In this document: positions 26,040-41,000 of the stretch, one piece after another
How the letters are laid out: every line of letters starts with the position of its first letter
Position numbering within the stretch: the first letter of the stretch is position 1
From: Lytechinus pictus
Taxonomy: Eukaryota
Reading direction: 5' to 3'
NCBI RefSeq assembly: GCF_037042905.1
Contig: NC_087251.1
Coordinates: forward strand, 31,870,001 to 31,934,000
Length of the DNA stretch: 64,000 nt
The notes under the pieces: model-generated
Told to the model about the DNA's origin: nothing
Seen by the model: only the letters and a program-made list of their open reading frames with translations
The model's database searches: none
Made by a program: the position numbers and the translations under genes

Positions 26040-29000
26040 GTGAGTTTTCATTTTCATTGAAACTTTTTTTTTCAGTGGGACAGATGAATTTCAAAAAGAA
26101 ACAATTGATATTGACTTAAAGGGAAATTCCTTTTAACAATAAAATTAATGATTAGATTTAGAGAGGATACTAAGCGCTGTTAACGGCATAAATGAGTTAA
26201 GGTTTATAGTTTTACTGGTGTGTTTTAAAGGAAACCAAAATACAAGGAGAAATATATCTAAGTATCAGAAAGAATAAAATGAGAGGAGCAATCCAAAACT
26301 TGTTTTATCAAAATCGGTTATAGAATAAGTGAGTTACGGAAGTTTGAAAATTCTTGTTGTACCTTAATGGGGATCCTCAAATTGGCAAATGTGCTTCAAA
26401 ATGGCTGATTTTGTGGACAACTCTCCATTTGTTTTGTACACAAATTTTCAGATTTTCCTCATTATCTTTCAAATTGCATCTTGCCTCCTTCTGAGCACAA
26501 CATATGTCATGGGAAAATATAATTCACACCACATGTGTCAAGGTCAGGAGGAGATAATGTAAAATATGTAAAAGAATAATAATAATCATTTTGATGAAAC
26601 TTGTTTTAAATTGTTCCTCTCATTTTAATCTTTCCAATAAGATTGATTCTCTTCTTGGGTTTTGGTTTCCTTTAAGATGCTTATTGAGGAGGTCAATAGA
26701 GGAAATGTTTTAAATAGTTGGAGGGAGTTTATTCCAAGGGGGGGGGCATGAGGTTGAAAAGAATTGAAGCCAGTCTGTTTTCTGGATTTAGGAAAGACAC
26801 AGGAAGGAGCAGATGTAGAACAAACAGACTACATTGATCTTTGTTGCTGAAATAGTGAAGAAATGGGGGAAAGATGAAAAATAATAATAAATGTGCACAT
26901 GGAATTTAATACTTTTCATGTAGAATTGGAAAGATGTTGCAATTAAAACACCCACTACAAAGAATTGCTTCTCAGATGCCTTTATTTTTCAACCTAGTTA
27001 TTTATTTTAATCTATCATTTCATTTCATTTATTTAGTCTTTTTTTTCATATAGGGTAGCTTTGTTTTGTGGTCTTACATGTACACTGTTTTACAGATCTA
27101 TACAGAATGACATGTTACAGCACATTTTAGTAAACTATCCAATGAATCATTCCCGATATGAACATTCCTGGGTCCTGTAACACAAAGGTTAGAGATTGAT
27201 CATACGCTTGATTTTTACGATTCATTGTATATTATCAATGCAATCAAATGTAGAAAAAAATTTCTATGATCGATTGCCAAGCTTTGTGTTACTGAATTTC
27301 TTTTGAGGGGTAGGCCGGTGATTTTAATGCTTAAAAAGTATTCCGGGAATATGAAGTGTTTTTAATGAAAGCAGAAAAATTATAGAGAAATATTGGTGAA
27401 GGTGTGATAAAATTTCATAAAAGAATATCAAGAGAGATATATGATTTTTAAAGTTGTTTAATATGATGCCATATATGCAAGCAGCTCCCCAATATATCAT
27501 ATAATGTAAATTCCTTAAATTTCAATTTTGTTTTTGAACTTGATGAATAAGAATATATTGGAGTCGCTTTTCGTTCAGAAGTTTAAAAAAAGTACATTTA
27601 GAACAAAAAGCAACTCCAGGCAACTCCTGCAAACTATTGGCAAATCTTTCAAACATAAGTGTAATTTATCTACACCTTTGTCACATTTAATGCAAATGTT
27701 GGACTTTGCAATTTTTTTGCATTTGCGTCCATGCAAAACCTTTGCATAATGTTTGTGAGCCCTGTGAAAACGTCGCCTAATATTTTGACCCTATACATCT
27801 GAAATTTGTTTAATTTTGTAGAGCAGAAAAAATAGAACTTAGATTTAGAAGCAGAAAACCTTGGGCATCAATGCACTTGACCCAAAACATCTGAAATTAT
27901 TTGTGTAACATAATACATTCCAACAGTGCATTTGACTCTCAGCTCAGTCCACTTTAGTGATTAGAGTATGACTTTAGTGATTACCAAATTATCCTATACA
28001 TCATTTTCTCTGATGCAATGTCAACTTAAGGCACTGGCGTACAGATGGGGGGGGGGGGGTGGGGCTTGGGGGCCATGGACCCAGATATCTTTTCACAACC
28101 AAGAGAAATAAGAGAGAACAGGAAAGAAAGAGCCCTGGTAAAAATAAATATCTTCTGGAGATAATGTTCTGGCTTCAAAACAAGATTTTTATCTCCTTCA
28201 CTTTTTTTTGGTGAGAGACTGCCTGATTAAAATAAAACAGTTAAAGTAAATTTTTGTATATAGACAAATGAATTTTAGGGCTAACATAAACTTACACTTA
28301 CAGTTTATTTTTATTATCCTAACCATTTCAACAGCAAGATTTATTTCCATGTCTATCGATATAATCTAGCCTACTGTGTTTGCTAAATTTTCAGTTTATA
28401 GCTCTGCTGCAATTACAATTTGATGGAGGTCCACTATAGATTGTTGTGAGGTGCAAATTATGTGAAGAAATAGATAATCTTTAGTTCTGAATATTTGACT
28501 AAGATACCCTAGATAAATCAAATAGCAAAGGTCACAATCCTGAAACTTATTCTACATAGCCTTATGACTGAACAAACACTTTGAATATATATGACTTGTT
28601 TTACAATCAGGGTAACCCAACTATACCATTTGACTAAAAAAAATTATATTTTTCCTCAATTGTTGTCTGTATGTGTTGTTGTAAACAAGTGTAATGATAT
28701 TGCTTTAAAATATTGAGGCATAAGGTCACCAACTTATTTTCTAATAGGGGTTCAATCTTTTTATTACGTGTTCTGTCAATTGCTTAATTTTTTTAAGAGG
28801 AAACCTTTGGATGGATTTGACAACATCTGAATGTGTATTGTCTAAAAAATAAGTGGATATGGGCAAAGTGAACAGTGTGTTGTTCTTATTGACCAAAGCA
28901 TTAATCAAGTATAGTCTAACTATACATAAAACACCAAATTTAGAGAGGACTTTTTAGACGATATTGGCATCCTAATTTTGTTAATAGTCACCCAAAAAAA

Positions 29001-32000
29001 AAATTTGGAGGGGTACAATTAAGTGTTGTCATTTTCATAATTGTGTCAAGCTATGGACAATGATCTTATTTATCAACTTGGAAGGAGGTAGATTTTAGCA
29101 TTACTTTTTTTATTGAAAATTACCAAAAAATACTTATGAAATCACTAGGAGAAAATGGGAGTTGTGATATCTGAATAGTTGTTATGCCTAACCTCTAAGA
29201 AGGCCTAAAACTTCATTACTTGTAAATGTTGTGACAGGGTCCTGGGAACATTTTTTTTTATCAGGGGGTGCTGGTTTAAATTTGACAAGCAAAAAAAAAG
29301 CGTTTTGCTAGAAAATGAAGGTCATTTTGGTCACAAGAAATCTGGCAAGAAAAAAAAGGTTTCGTTAGAAAATTAAAGTCATTTTGGTATTGAGAAATTT
29401 GACAAGCAAACAAAAAAGTTTTTATTACAAATTGTAGGTTTTTTTGTTACATTTCTGCTATTTAACACACCTGCCAGATTTTCAGGGGGTGCTGCCTATG
29501 GTGGATAACACACGCATCACCCCCAGCACCCCCACTTCCCAGGGCCATGTGTTGTGTGGTATATCATTGATGGCTCTATTGTAAGTATAGGAATTCAGTT
29601 ACATGTGAATTTGCATGCTTGAAATATATAAAGCTTGTTATACTTTTATCTTTATTTTGGGAGAGCTTATTAAACTTGAACCACAAAGATGGTCTTGTTA
29701 ATTCAATATTCATTAAAACATTGCCATTGTATGGTCTTTCCCGTGGCATTTTTCTTCATTTTAGGACCTGTTACTTGCAGCAACATATATCAAAGATGCA
29801 AAGTATGGACGCAATTTCAAATTCAAAACTTCAGAAAAACATTTAAGGTGAGTGGAATAGTTTGTGTTCAACATTATTTTATTGTTGATTGTTTAATGTA
29901 GGGTGAGGAACACACTGAATGGTATTCTGATAATCAAACCTATGTTTAACCCTAGTCTAAACTAGAATTTAGACTACACTTCTATGGCTTTACGATACTT
30001 CGTCCATATTCATGGCAAAGATAATGCACCAATTACTTCATAAAAATTGATTGTATGTTTGTATTTTCGTATTCTTCTCATTCCATAACACAAATTTAAT
30101 TTTTGACAATGTTTGCCTCTGGGTGAGAATAATGTTAATTTGATAAATGAGTTGACATTCACCATTCCATAAAAGTGTGGTCTAAGACTCTAAGGAGGTG
30201 TTGCAAGAAAATATTTGCAATCAATTGCAAATATTCTGTTGCAATTTTACAATTGTTTGATCAATTTTAGCTGTAGCTAATCAGATTACACTCCTTGTTT
30301 CAAGGAGCAGATTAGCAATCAGTTGCAAATTTGTAATTACCGGTAATGGCAAGACATATGCTTGATTTAGGGACTGAAATTATACTTGCAATTGATTGCA
30401 AGTTTCTTGCAGCACCCCATAAGACAATCCCGGTTTAACTAATCCGCAGTTATCAGAATAGCACCCGATGACATAAGGCAAAGGGAAAGCTGAAATGTAA
30501 AGGGAGTAGAAAATTTGCAAATTGAGTGAGAGACTGAGAGTATAGAGGGGGGGGGGGTAAATATTCCAACCGGTCTAGAACTCTATTGCGTATAAAGATT
30601 GAGTAATAAGGAATTAGCTGCCCTAGTAAAGCAATTAGATGCTAAAGGAAGAAGGGGATATATAAATCAGGGTTTTAGAGGAAGACTGTAATTTTATTAC
30701 ATGAGGGAGTGAAATAGAGAGAGGGGGAGAACATAAGGGGATATGTGGAATTTTTTGAAGTAGTTTTAACCTACACTTTGAAAGTGAGACTCTTGAGAAA
30801 AAAAAAATGTCTTGCATTTTTTCAATTGCTATTCTGTTTTATTTTTTTAAATGTATGTTGGGATTGTGAATTATCATGATATACAACAGTCTGCTGACCT
30901 GCCCTCTAATCCCAGTATAGATTTAGGGGTGCACCCTTAGATATGATATATATATGAACTTACTTTATTTCAATTATTTCATTTCCCTTTTTAAAGCTGC
31001 GTACTTCATCAAATATCTTTTCCCATTTATCTGCATATTATGTAGTATTGTCACTTTAATCACTTTAATCCTATTAGCCCACCCCCCTTAAATTTAAAAG
31101 ATACATGTATAAGAAAATATATTTAGTTAACATAGAAATGCATATTTTAATTGCAATTTGGCAGTTCCTGTCAAGTGTTTCCATGAAGCTGAATATTTTT
31201 TGAGTAATATTGATAAAACTAAAAGAGCAAAATATATACATGTATACGTCATTGCTTAAACATTTTTATACTTCTTTATTTATCGGTATATGATATTAAT
31301 AGGTACTATGTTTTTATTAAGGTTAACAAAATTTTCAGCTTATTAATGATACATCCATTTTAGATTCATATTCTTTTCATAAGAGCACCCTTTTCATTTT
31401 TTTTTACATACCGGTATGTTTTAATTCATATACAATCTTTTCTTATAATTTTCTTATCATTCTAGTTTTTGATGTTTTATTCATCTTACTCAGATACTAC
31501 CATTTGTACAACATGCCAATCTTCAGTTGGGTACTGTACCTATTTATAATCCTCAATCTGTCCTTGGCCATCTTTGAAGAGCCTGCTGTTGGAAACCTTG
31601 CTTTACCTTATTGGGTATGTACCATTCCTAGTAACCAGCATTCATTTCATTACCACACCTTTGCCAATATTTCCAAAAGAGGTTTAAATTGTAACATAGT
31701 ACAAAACCATGGACTATGCAGTTTTAAATTTATACAAATATACTGGGTATGAGAAAGTATAGTGGAAAAATTTTATCCGAGGTTGGTTCGGCATGTACTA
31801 TAATTTTGTTCTGAGGGGTGAAGCCCCGAGGGAAAATAGTAACATTGCCGGACCAACCGAGGAAAAATATTTCCAATACACTTTCGAAAGAAACGCCCAG
31901 TATATTTGTTTTTATATCCCTTCCATGTTAAAGTTTAAATGAAAAATATTGGCCCATCTCCATGATCTGGACAAAATCTAGATCGGGTTAGCTCTAATTT

Positions 32001-35000
32001 AAGTAAAATTGGCTTATCGTTCTAAGCTAGCCAGTACCTGAATAGACTGCGCGCAGCTACCGTTATAGATTAGATTACCTTTTAACAGTCAGTCATAAGT
32101 CATGTTTAATTATGATACATTGATATCCTCACTTGAATTTTAAAACCTTGTATTCAAATATTCTTAAATTATGAAAAACAGCTCCTCTTTTGCCTAAAAA
32201 GAGTTCTCTTCAAGAATTAGGAGATTGTTGCAGATCATATGAGCTGCCTTCAAAATTAATAAATATTGAAATATGTAGTTTTAACGCACCAGTTACGATA
32301 TCTAGCCTGGATAATAACAATTAAATGCATTGATCAAATACAGAATTATTTCCACAAGATTTATTTTTGTATGAGATAGCAGTTATTTGCAAATACTGTG
32401 CTAAATTTGGAAAGAACATTCATTTTTCAAGTTTGATTCAACCTATGAATTGGGATTGATAATCAGTTCATTAAGCTTTTTTACAGTGATCCTTTTCTTG
32501 TGGTTGACACACAAAAATTAAGGGCTCAAAGATTGTTGGGTGTTTTTTTATGCTGTATGACTGTGATATGAAAATGTTAATACTTTCAATGATATGAAAA
32601 TATCACTAATAGCCCATACGATTTATCTCATGATATGAAATGAATTGATCTGTGAATTCATATTGATTTGATTACACATCACTAGGAGCATGGTCATTAA
32701 TAATTTGCACTTCTCATACAACCAGACATGGTGGCTCAGGGTAGAGCGCCGCCTCTTGAACGGCGGGTTGTGGGTTCAATCTGCGGCCGAGTTATACCAA
32801 AGACTTTCAAAATGGGACCTTCTGTTTCTGTTTATGGTGATTCCCGTAGGAACTCAGCAGGACAGCATTTTTGCTGGTAAACGCCAAGCTGGTATATAAC
32901 CAATTACCTAGGAAACATTTTATGTCTAGGTTAATCAGTCATAGTGGCTGACTTTATAGACGACAGATATTACTCTTGGGCCTTTTCATTAAAGTGGAGA
33001 CAATAGCAGAGTGGGGATTCGAACTCACAACCTTGTGATTATGAGTCCAATGCTCTAACCACTGGACCACACGACCTTCTGCCTTCTTGTCAGGTGCTCA
33101 ATGTATGAGTATGGAGAAGGGCAGTACTAACATATTATGTTATGCAGGGCCCACTGGAAGAACAGCTGAAGTTGCTACCCTGGGTAAATAAGAGTTATTA
33201 TCATTATTGTTATCATTGTAACCAATGCCAAGTAACAAGTGCATTTTTGACAACGTTTTCACTTGTGTTTTCAGGCTTCCATGCTATTGGAGTGTGGCTG
33301 TTTAACCTACTTTTCCTTGCGACTATTACACAGCTACTACTGTGCCGCAGGGCAGTGGTTCAGGGATATGAAAAACATAGGAAGCATTACCGTCATTGTT
33401 GTAAGTATTGCCCGGTTTACTCTGAAAAGTATGGTTTACATGTCTATTACTTATTACTTAGACTGCGCTTTTCCCATTAGGCCCGAAGCGTTTACAATGA
33501 ATAAATGCAATTAAATTATGTCATCTTAAAACTAGGAATTACAAAAAAGGTGGGTTTTCACAATGCTTTTCTGAAAACTGCTAGTGATGGTAACTATCTA
33601 ATTGCAAGTGGCAAATAAAAAATGAGTTGTGATTAGTTGAAATTCAGCATGACACATTTGGCCTTTTTTTATTGAATACATTTAAATAAGCATTAAGGAG
33701 ACATTAAGCTGGGGAGTGTTAGGGGAAAGTAGGTCCATTCTGGACTTGATTGGCTTAGTTTTGATACTAGGATAATCTATACTAAGTGCCATGATTTATT
33801 GCCCTTAATGTTTCAAAATTTTGCACAAAGAGAAAGCAATCAATCAGACAGCTGATCATAAGGAAAGCAATTACAAGAAATGCTTACAGCTATATAGACC
33901 AAGCCTGATCTGTGAGGGGTGTCAGGTAACTTGTGCCAGTATGCATGGGAAAAGGAAGGGAGGATGGTTGGCAATAGACTGGCCAACCAAAAGTAAACTT
34001 CATTTTTCACTTTGAATCATACAGTATAATATACAGGGTGTGAGTTCTGTTTAATAGTAATGAGACCGGGGGGGGGGGGGGGGGGGGTGTTTTTCAAAGT
34101 TTTAAGTATGACTTAGATTTGCACTTACATAGATAGTTGCATGCAGTATAAAACACGTTTCTGCATTGGTCATCAAGCTGTCTGTAAGTCACACCCAACA
34201 AACGTAGAGGGCAGCAACACTGCTGTGTGTTGCTGCCCTCTACGTTCATTGGTCACACCTAACTCTTTGGAAAACACCCTCTCCCAGTAACTTTGACATC
34301 TCGACTTGAAAAAATTGAATATTTGATAATCAATGTGTTCTAAGCTCTATCTATTTTATTCAATATCACCATTATCATTAATCTTCTTCTCCCTGGTCAT
34401 TGACTGTTTAGTTGACCATTATTGACATGGTGATGTATGCAATGATGTATGAATTGGGTGCTGCAGACAAGGCTGTCCGATGGTCAAGACCACTCAGGCC
34501 AGTGCTGATGGTCACTTTTGCTGAAATGAAACTGGTAAGTACATGAGGACCTCAAAGACTATTACCTTTGATTTCTTTATCGGTTTGTCTGTTTCTATAC
34601 TGGCACCTACATTGCATGGGAATACACTAAGTTAAGGGTATCGAATCACTGTATTCTAACTTTTGGTCTTGAGAGTCTTCAGGGAAGCGTTTCATGAAAG
34701 GACTTCTCGGACATATCAAATGAGTCTGGTTTAATCCAACAGTTGCCATAGTAACAGTGTTTCTCAGCCAATCAGAATGAAGAAATGTTGTCCCATCTGA
34801 CAACTTGTCGGACAACAAATGTTGGTGTAAATGCTCCCCAGGGATAGCCTTCTGACAAGGAATTTTGGCAGAGGTCAATTCAGTTGCTCTTATAAACATC
34901 GAATCAGACAGGCTGTCCTGTTTAAAGGCTTCTTTTATAGGTTTAACTGATTTTGCACTTGAAGAGGGATCACTGCACCAGGGAAAGCAAGTCAGGATAA

Positions 35001-38000
35001 AATCAGAGGTACTGAAGTATTTCCTATTTTCATCATGACTTTGTCATGAACCAGTGATGGCCTGATAATGATGGGTTCTTGTAAAGCGCCGGTATCTGCC
35101 TCAGCTGGGCGCTCATGGTGCTTGCTCAAAAAATAGGAAATATCTCACAAATTTCCATGTCTTCAAACAGTGCTTAGGATCATCATTCAGTTCAAGTACT
35201 GTTCCAGTAATGCTACAATTGAGCCTGGTGCCTGATGGTAGACTTGCAGCATGGCACTCGGGTCAAGACTGGTTCGAGTCCCATTTGTTCCAATATTTTG
35301 TCTGATTCATTCATCAGATTGAATATGCTATCCAATTTACTACGTGCAAGCCAGAAATGTGATCTCATGTTTAATCTTGTCTACCAAGCCTTTAACATTC
35401 CAAGATGAATAAAGTATAAATAATTTTTTAACTTCCTTTTTTTAAAGCACAGACCTAAACCATGGTGTAAGTTAAATCAGATTTGTGAATATGGGTCAGG
35501 ACAGGGGCAGATCCAAAAGGAGAGGAGGCATGTTTGTTCTGCAAAAATTTAAGAAGCCAAAAAAAAAAAAACATAAAGAAGGGTCACCGGGTGTGCCCTT
35601 ACCTAGATCTTCTGCTGGGCCAATGTGTTCTATGTAAATATGTATAATTTCACTGATTTGATATAAAAGTTGGTGGTAATAAAATGTAGCCGATTGTGCA
35701 GTGTTGTCACCTGAATGATTTATCAGTGCTATGGGCAGTCTTGGGATTCTTCTCTGAAAGACCATCTTGACTAAAAGATGTTTTCACCATTCTTCTTGTG
35801 TGTCTCTTTAGGTTCGTCTAGCCTTCAGTAACATCCGCAAGACACTTCTTGAGATTCTTAATGTCCTCATCCTTCTTTTCCTCGTCATAGCCCTCTTTGC
35901 TCTTTTGGGTAGAGAGCTCTTTGGAAATGAGTAAGTCTTGCTTGATCACCCTCTAGATGAAATTCCACATCTCACCTCAATGTCCTGATCTTGCTCTTAA
36001 CCCCCAAAAGGCAGGGGGCAGGTCACTTTTGACATTAAATTTGCAACTTCCATGCATACAGTTCCGTATTAAAGTGTGTGTCAAACCCAAAATTGCTCAA
36101 AAACGTGATTTCATGTATGAATTAAATACAAAGTTTGTTTCTAAAATTAAACTAACATTCATATATGTATTAGTACTTTCAATTTTGACGATCCAAAGAT
36201 TCATGGCAAGTATTACTCAATCACTATCTAGCAATAACATCATATATCGTATTGAATCATTTTGAAGAAGTACCAATAATAACGCTAACACCAAGGTAAG
36301 GATACCTTTAAAAGACATTGTTTTCTCAAGAACAATATTATAATTTGTTAAATTATTTGATTAACACATCAAGAAAATCTTCACACTTATATGGCGATCT
36401 CCTGCATTCATTAACTAATGGTGTTTTTTGTATCCATTATGTGCTATGACTGTATTGTATATATAATGGATTATTTTGTATATTGCACATTTGATATTAT
36501 GTATTGTATTATTTGAAAGCAGTAATAATAACAAACAAATTTTGTCACTTGAATGGTCCTGCATCACTTCATTAAAAACATCTTTATGAAACAGTCCCTT
36601 GGTCAATATGCTCTGGTTAAATGTCAGAAATTTTGAACTTGTGATTAAGCAAATGGTCAACTCTCCTACGTGTATGTGTGTAGTTCTAATGAATCAGTAC
36701 CAAAGTGTAATTGACATCGAGTTTCATGATCAGAATCTGTGCTGTGTGATAATGTTTTAATTAGTCTTTTCATATCTTTTCTACTTTTCATGTTCAGTAA
36801 TCTAAAAAAGGTTGATGAAAAGTCACCATACTTCACAGATTTTTGGGAGATTTGGTGGGATCTTTATGTCCTTGTAACAACAGCAAACAGTCCAGATATC
36901 ATGTAAGTTTTAAAGAATACAATTTAAAGATTATTTATTCACTTCATTTTGATATGATAGTGCATGGTCCTAGATGTTTCTGAATGATGATGATGTTTGA
37001 ATGTTTACCATATTTCTCCAGGGATGTGTCACATTCTCTACCCTCCTTTTGGGAACATTCCATCAATGAACAAGTCAAGTAATCTGAAGATGCTTAGCAA
37101 CTACTATAGGCAGTGTTACTGTGTAAGAGAGAGAGAGAGAGGGGGGGGGTGATCTTTTTGCATATTTAGTTTTTTTTGTTTCTAATCAAATTGATTTGAT
37201 CCAAGATGTGGAATATTGCTCTTCATGTATATTGTATATTATGTATCTATATTAATCTTTATGCAAATGTATCTTTTATATGAGTCTGAGATATGTTCTC
37301 TTTTCTGTATCAAACCAGACATTTCATAAGATTTTTATGGAATTACCAATAAATACTTCTAACTACTCATTATCATTATCATTATCATTCAAAGCTATAT
37401 GATTTGACAATGACATCAATTTATTGATAAGATGATGCTCAAGAGAGGAAGAGGTTGAAGGAGGGAGTGTCATCATGGCGTGAGAGTTGGTAACTCTTCG
37501 TAGATAGAAAATGCTGACTGAAATAAATGATGATGATGGTGACATCACTACAAAGTTTTTGTCAAAAAAATTTGACAAGCGAGGGAAAAAAATTGTAAAA
37601 AAATAACAATTGAAAACTTAATAGACTTTATATTAGCGAATAGGGGGAATAGGAGGGGGAAAGATAGAGAGGGGGTGGATAAGGGGGCGGAAGATGTGGT
37701 GGGGAGACAGGGAGCTGACAGGGGGAGCAGGCTCACTTGTATCCACCATTGGAAATACTGCTTATCCAGTCAACCCCATCTGCTTAAATGTTTTTGAATA
37801 AATAACATTGTGTTTTTTTTTCTTTCCCTTTTCTAATGTAGGATGCCAGCTTATGATTTCAACCCTTGGTACATGCTTTATTTCATCACTTATATCTTCA
37901 TCTGTCTCTACATATTCATGTCTATCTTTCTCGCTGTCATCTACAAGAATTACCGGAAACATCTGAAGGTATAATATATCAATAAGAATTCTTTGATTTA

Positions 38001-41000
38001 TTTTGACTCGAGTGCACATTATATAATTATGCTCTTTGGAATAGGTGCATTAGTAATCACAATAATAGTAATAATGATGATAATAATGATAATCCTCATT
38101 CTATCAAAATCAAAATCATTAATAGAATTTCTCTGATAATTCATTTTGCCCTATTGATTGTGGGCCAAGCACAGGGTGCTTAATTCACACTTCTTGATAT
38201 TAAGGATACTGCATTAATGAACTAATATGAAAATGGTGAATAGGCATGAGTGTGCCTGTACAAGATTTAACACGAGGTGAAAGAAGGATACTCAATTCGA
38301 CGAGGCGCAGCTATTCCAAACCAAATGGGTCTATTGAATGATGGCTTGATAAGTGAAGTGGGACTGTGTTTATGATACCCAAACTGATAATATGTGCCAA
38401 TGTATTTCATATAAACTAAGTAAGAGTGCACTTCTACATCATCTCTGTAATCTGTAGAATGTTATTCACTTATGGTCACCTTTTGTTTCAGAACGAGGTT
38501 CAGAAGTCTGTCTTCAACAAGCGTCGTAAGCTGGCCAGTGCATGGGACCTGTTGAAGGAGTGGCACGGGGGCCATTTCCTCCTCTCGTGGGGTCGATGGA
38601 AGGAGATGATGGCTATGGTTGCCCCTAAGCTTAGCCTACCCCATGTACGTCTTCTATGGAGGGTCCTTGATCAGGACGGGCTCAATTTCATAAGTAAGTT
38701 CTGGCGGGTGTTTCGTAAAGCAGTTTTTAAGTAAAGCACATCTTTACGCGCAACTGGTACATATTCTTAAATTCTGAGTGTGCGCTACATAGAGATGTAT
38801 CATTATGCACAGGAAAGAGACACCGGTCGTGTGTTAAGTCATTTGTAACTTCCAAACAACTTATGAAACATCCCCTTGCTCAGTTAATTGCTACAGGTTC
38901 CAGTAGTTGAATTGCTCAAACTTGATTAGTTCTCAGCTGAACTAGGTATGTCATCGTGAACAGAGCCATACATGTTCTAGTAGTATTTGATTGATTTGTG
39001 ATTGAAATTCACCCTGTCGTAAATATACCAGATAAAATTTCAAAATAATAATGATGAAGGTTCGAGGAAAATCCACCAAAGATTAAGAAAGTTAGGAGAA
39101 TTTTTAAATTTTTCATTTGTGACGTATATCATATACAAGCAGCTGCCCATATGTTATGTTACATGTATATAAAATGCATAAAATTCCAATTTTTAATGGT
39201 TTATGATGACTAAACTTTTTTTCTTTCAAGTTTGGTTGTGAAATAATTTGTCTATTGATAAACTGAAGGTACAATAAAAATCCTTTTCATTATTATGAGA
39301 TAATTTTTTTTATTGATTTTTTACTACACACAATACGTGGGAAAGCTGCTCGCATATGACGTCAAAAAAAAAAAAGAATTCTAATAACTTATCTAATCTT
39401 TGCTGGATTTTCCTGAAACTTTCGCCAATATATTTTGTTATGCTTTCTTTCATTTTTACAATAAACCCTTTGGCAGGGTGAACTTCCCCTTTAAGTTTGC
39501 CAAAAATGTAGTTGAATAATCAGAACAGACAATTTGTTTTTGTTCAGGTTTGGGTAGGTATTCATCGTGGGTTAGGATTAAAGCAGATTATTTTTATTTC
39601 TTTCTGCAGATAAACGTACATTCATGAAGTTGGTCGACATCTTAAATGTGCCTATCGTACAGGTGGATACTCAGAAATCCTTGTCAGAGAGAAATTGCCC
39701 AGCATGTTACAACTCAAAAGCAAGTCTGTTTGTACGGACAGCCGTCAGTCACAGGTCAGTCTAAAAAGTGAAAACATTTCATTGTTAATGATTATCATCA
39801 GCGTTCATTGTTAATCATTATCATCATCAAGTTTGGTTTTCTCTCTTTCTGGGGTTGCAAAGTTCACTTCCCTGATGGCTCTCCTGAATGCTGTCCTGGT
39901 GGGTGTTTCATAAAGCTGTTCGTAAGTTAAGAGCGACTTTAAGAACGACTGGTGAACCTTTCTTACGTGCTAAATAATCACCAATGAACATTTAATGGTG
40001 AATATCATTTACCACAAGAAAGGATCACCAGTCGTTCTTTAAGTCACTCTTAACTTACGAACAGCCTTATGAAATGGCTCCCTGTAGTGTCATTTGGTAT
40101 CAATGTGGGTGATGTTTGACGCTGTTCCGTCTTCTATGATAATTTCCCCTAATATCTTGTCAGGTTTTCCACATGGAGGTGAATGATATACTGTTATTAT
40201 TGGCGGCGGAAGCCAAAAATTTTAGGGGGGGACCACAAATTTTTTTTGACAAGCAAAAAAAAAAAAAAAAAAAGTTCTCAACCAAAAATTTTAGGGGGGA
40301 CGCAGAAAAAAAAATTGACAAACAAGCAAAAAAAAAAAAAAAAAAAAAAAGGTTATCAACTAAAAATTTAAGGGGGGACCGTCCCCCCACCTAAAATTTA
40401 GGGGGGGACACGTCCCCCCCGCTTCCGCCGCCTATGACTGTTATCATTATTATTGTCATCATCAAATACCAGTTTTTATGTGTAGTTTGAAGTATTTGTT
40501 GTATTGGTAGTAGTATACTCAGAATAGCAGGCAACATGGACTGTGAAGAAGGATCTGATTGAAAGAAGACACAAAGGAACCCATTGAAAGGTTGGATATA
40601 TTAGAGGAAACTGTTATTATGGAAGTGGTTTGATGGGTCAAGTACTTAGGATCAGAGATGATCAACCTGTGAAAACAGCATGGGATCTGGAAGTAGATGG
40701 CATTAGAGGAAAAGATTTCATGGAAAAACACCCTAACCAACTCTACAAGTCAACAAAAATTTAACCCCCCCTAAGTAATTCTTAAAGGGATGCTCCGGAC
40801 TGAAAATATTTATATCCAAATAAATTCACAGAGCAAAATGCTGAGAAATTTCATCAAAATCGGATAGCAAATAAAGTTATTGAATTTTAAAGATTTGCAT
40901 TATGCTGGTGAAACAGTTCTAGGCATGTCTTTATGATATTTATTAGGTGGGCTGATGATGTCGCATCCCCAGTTTGCTTTTTCTTATGTTATTACATGAA

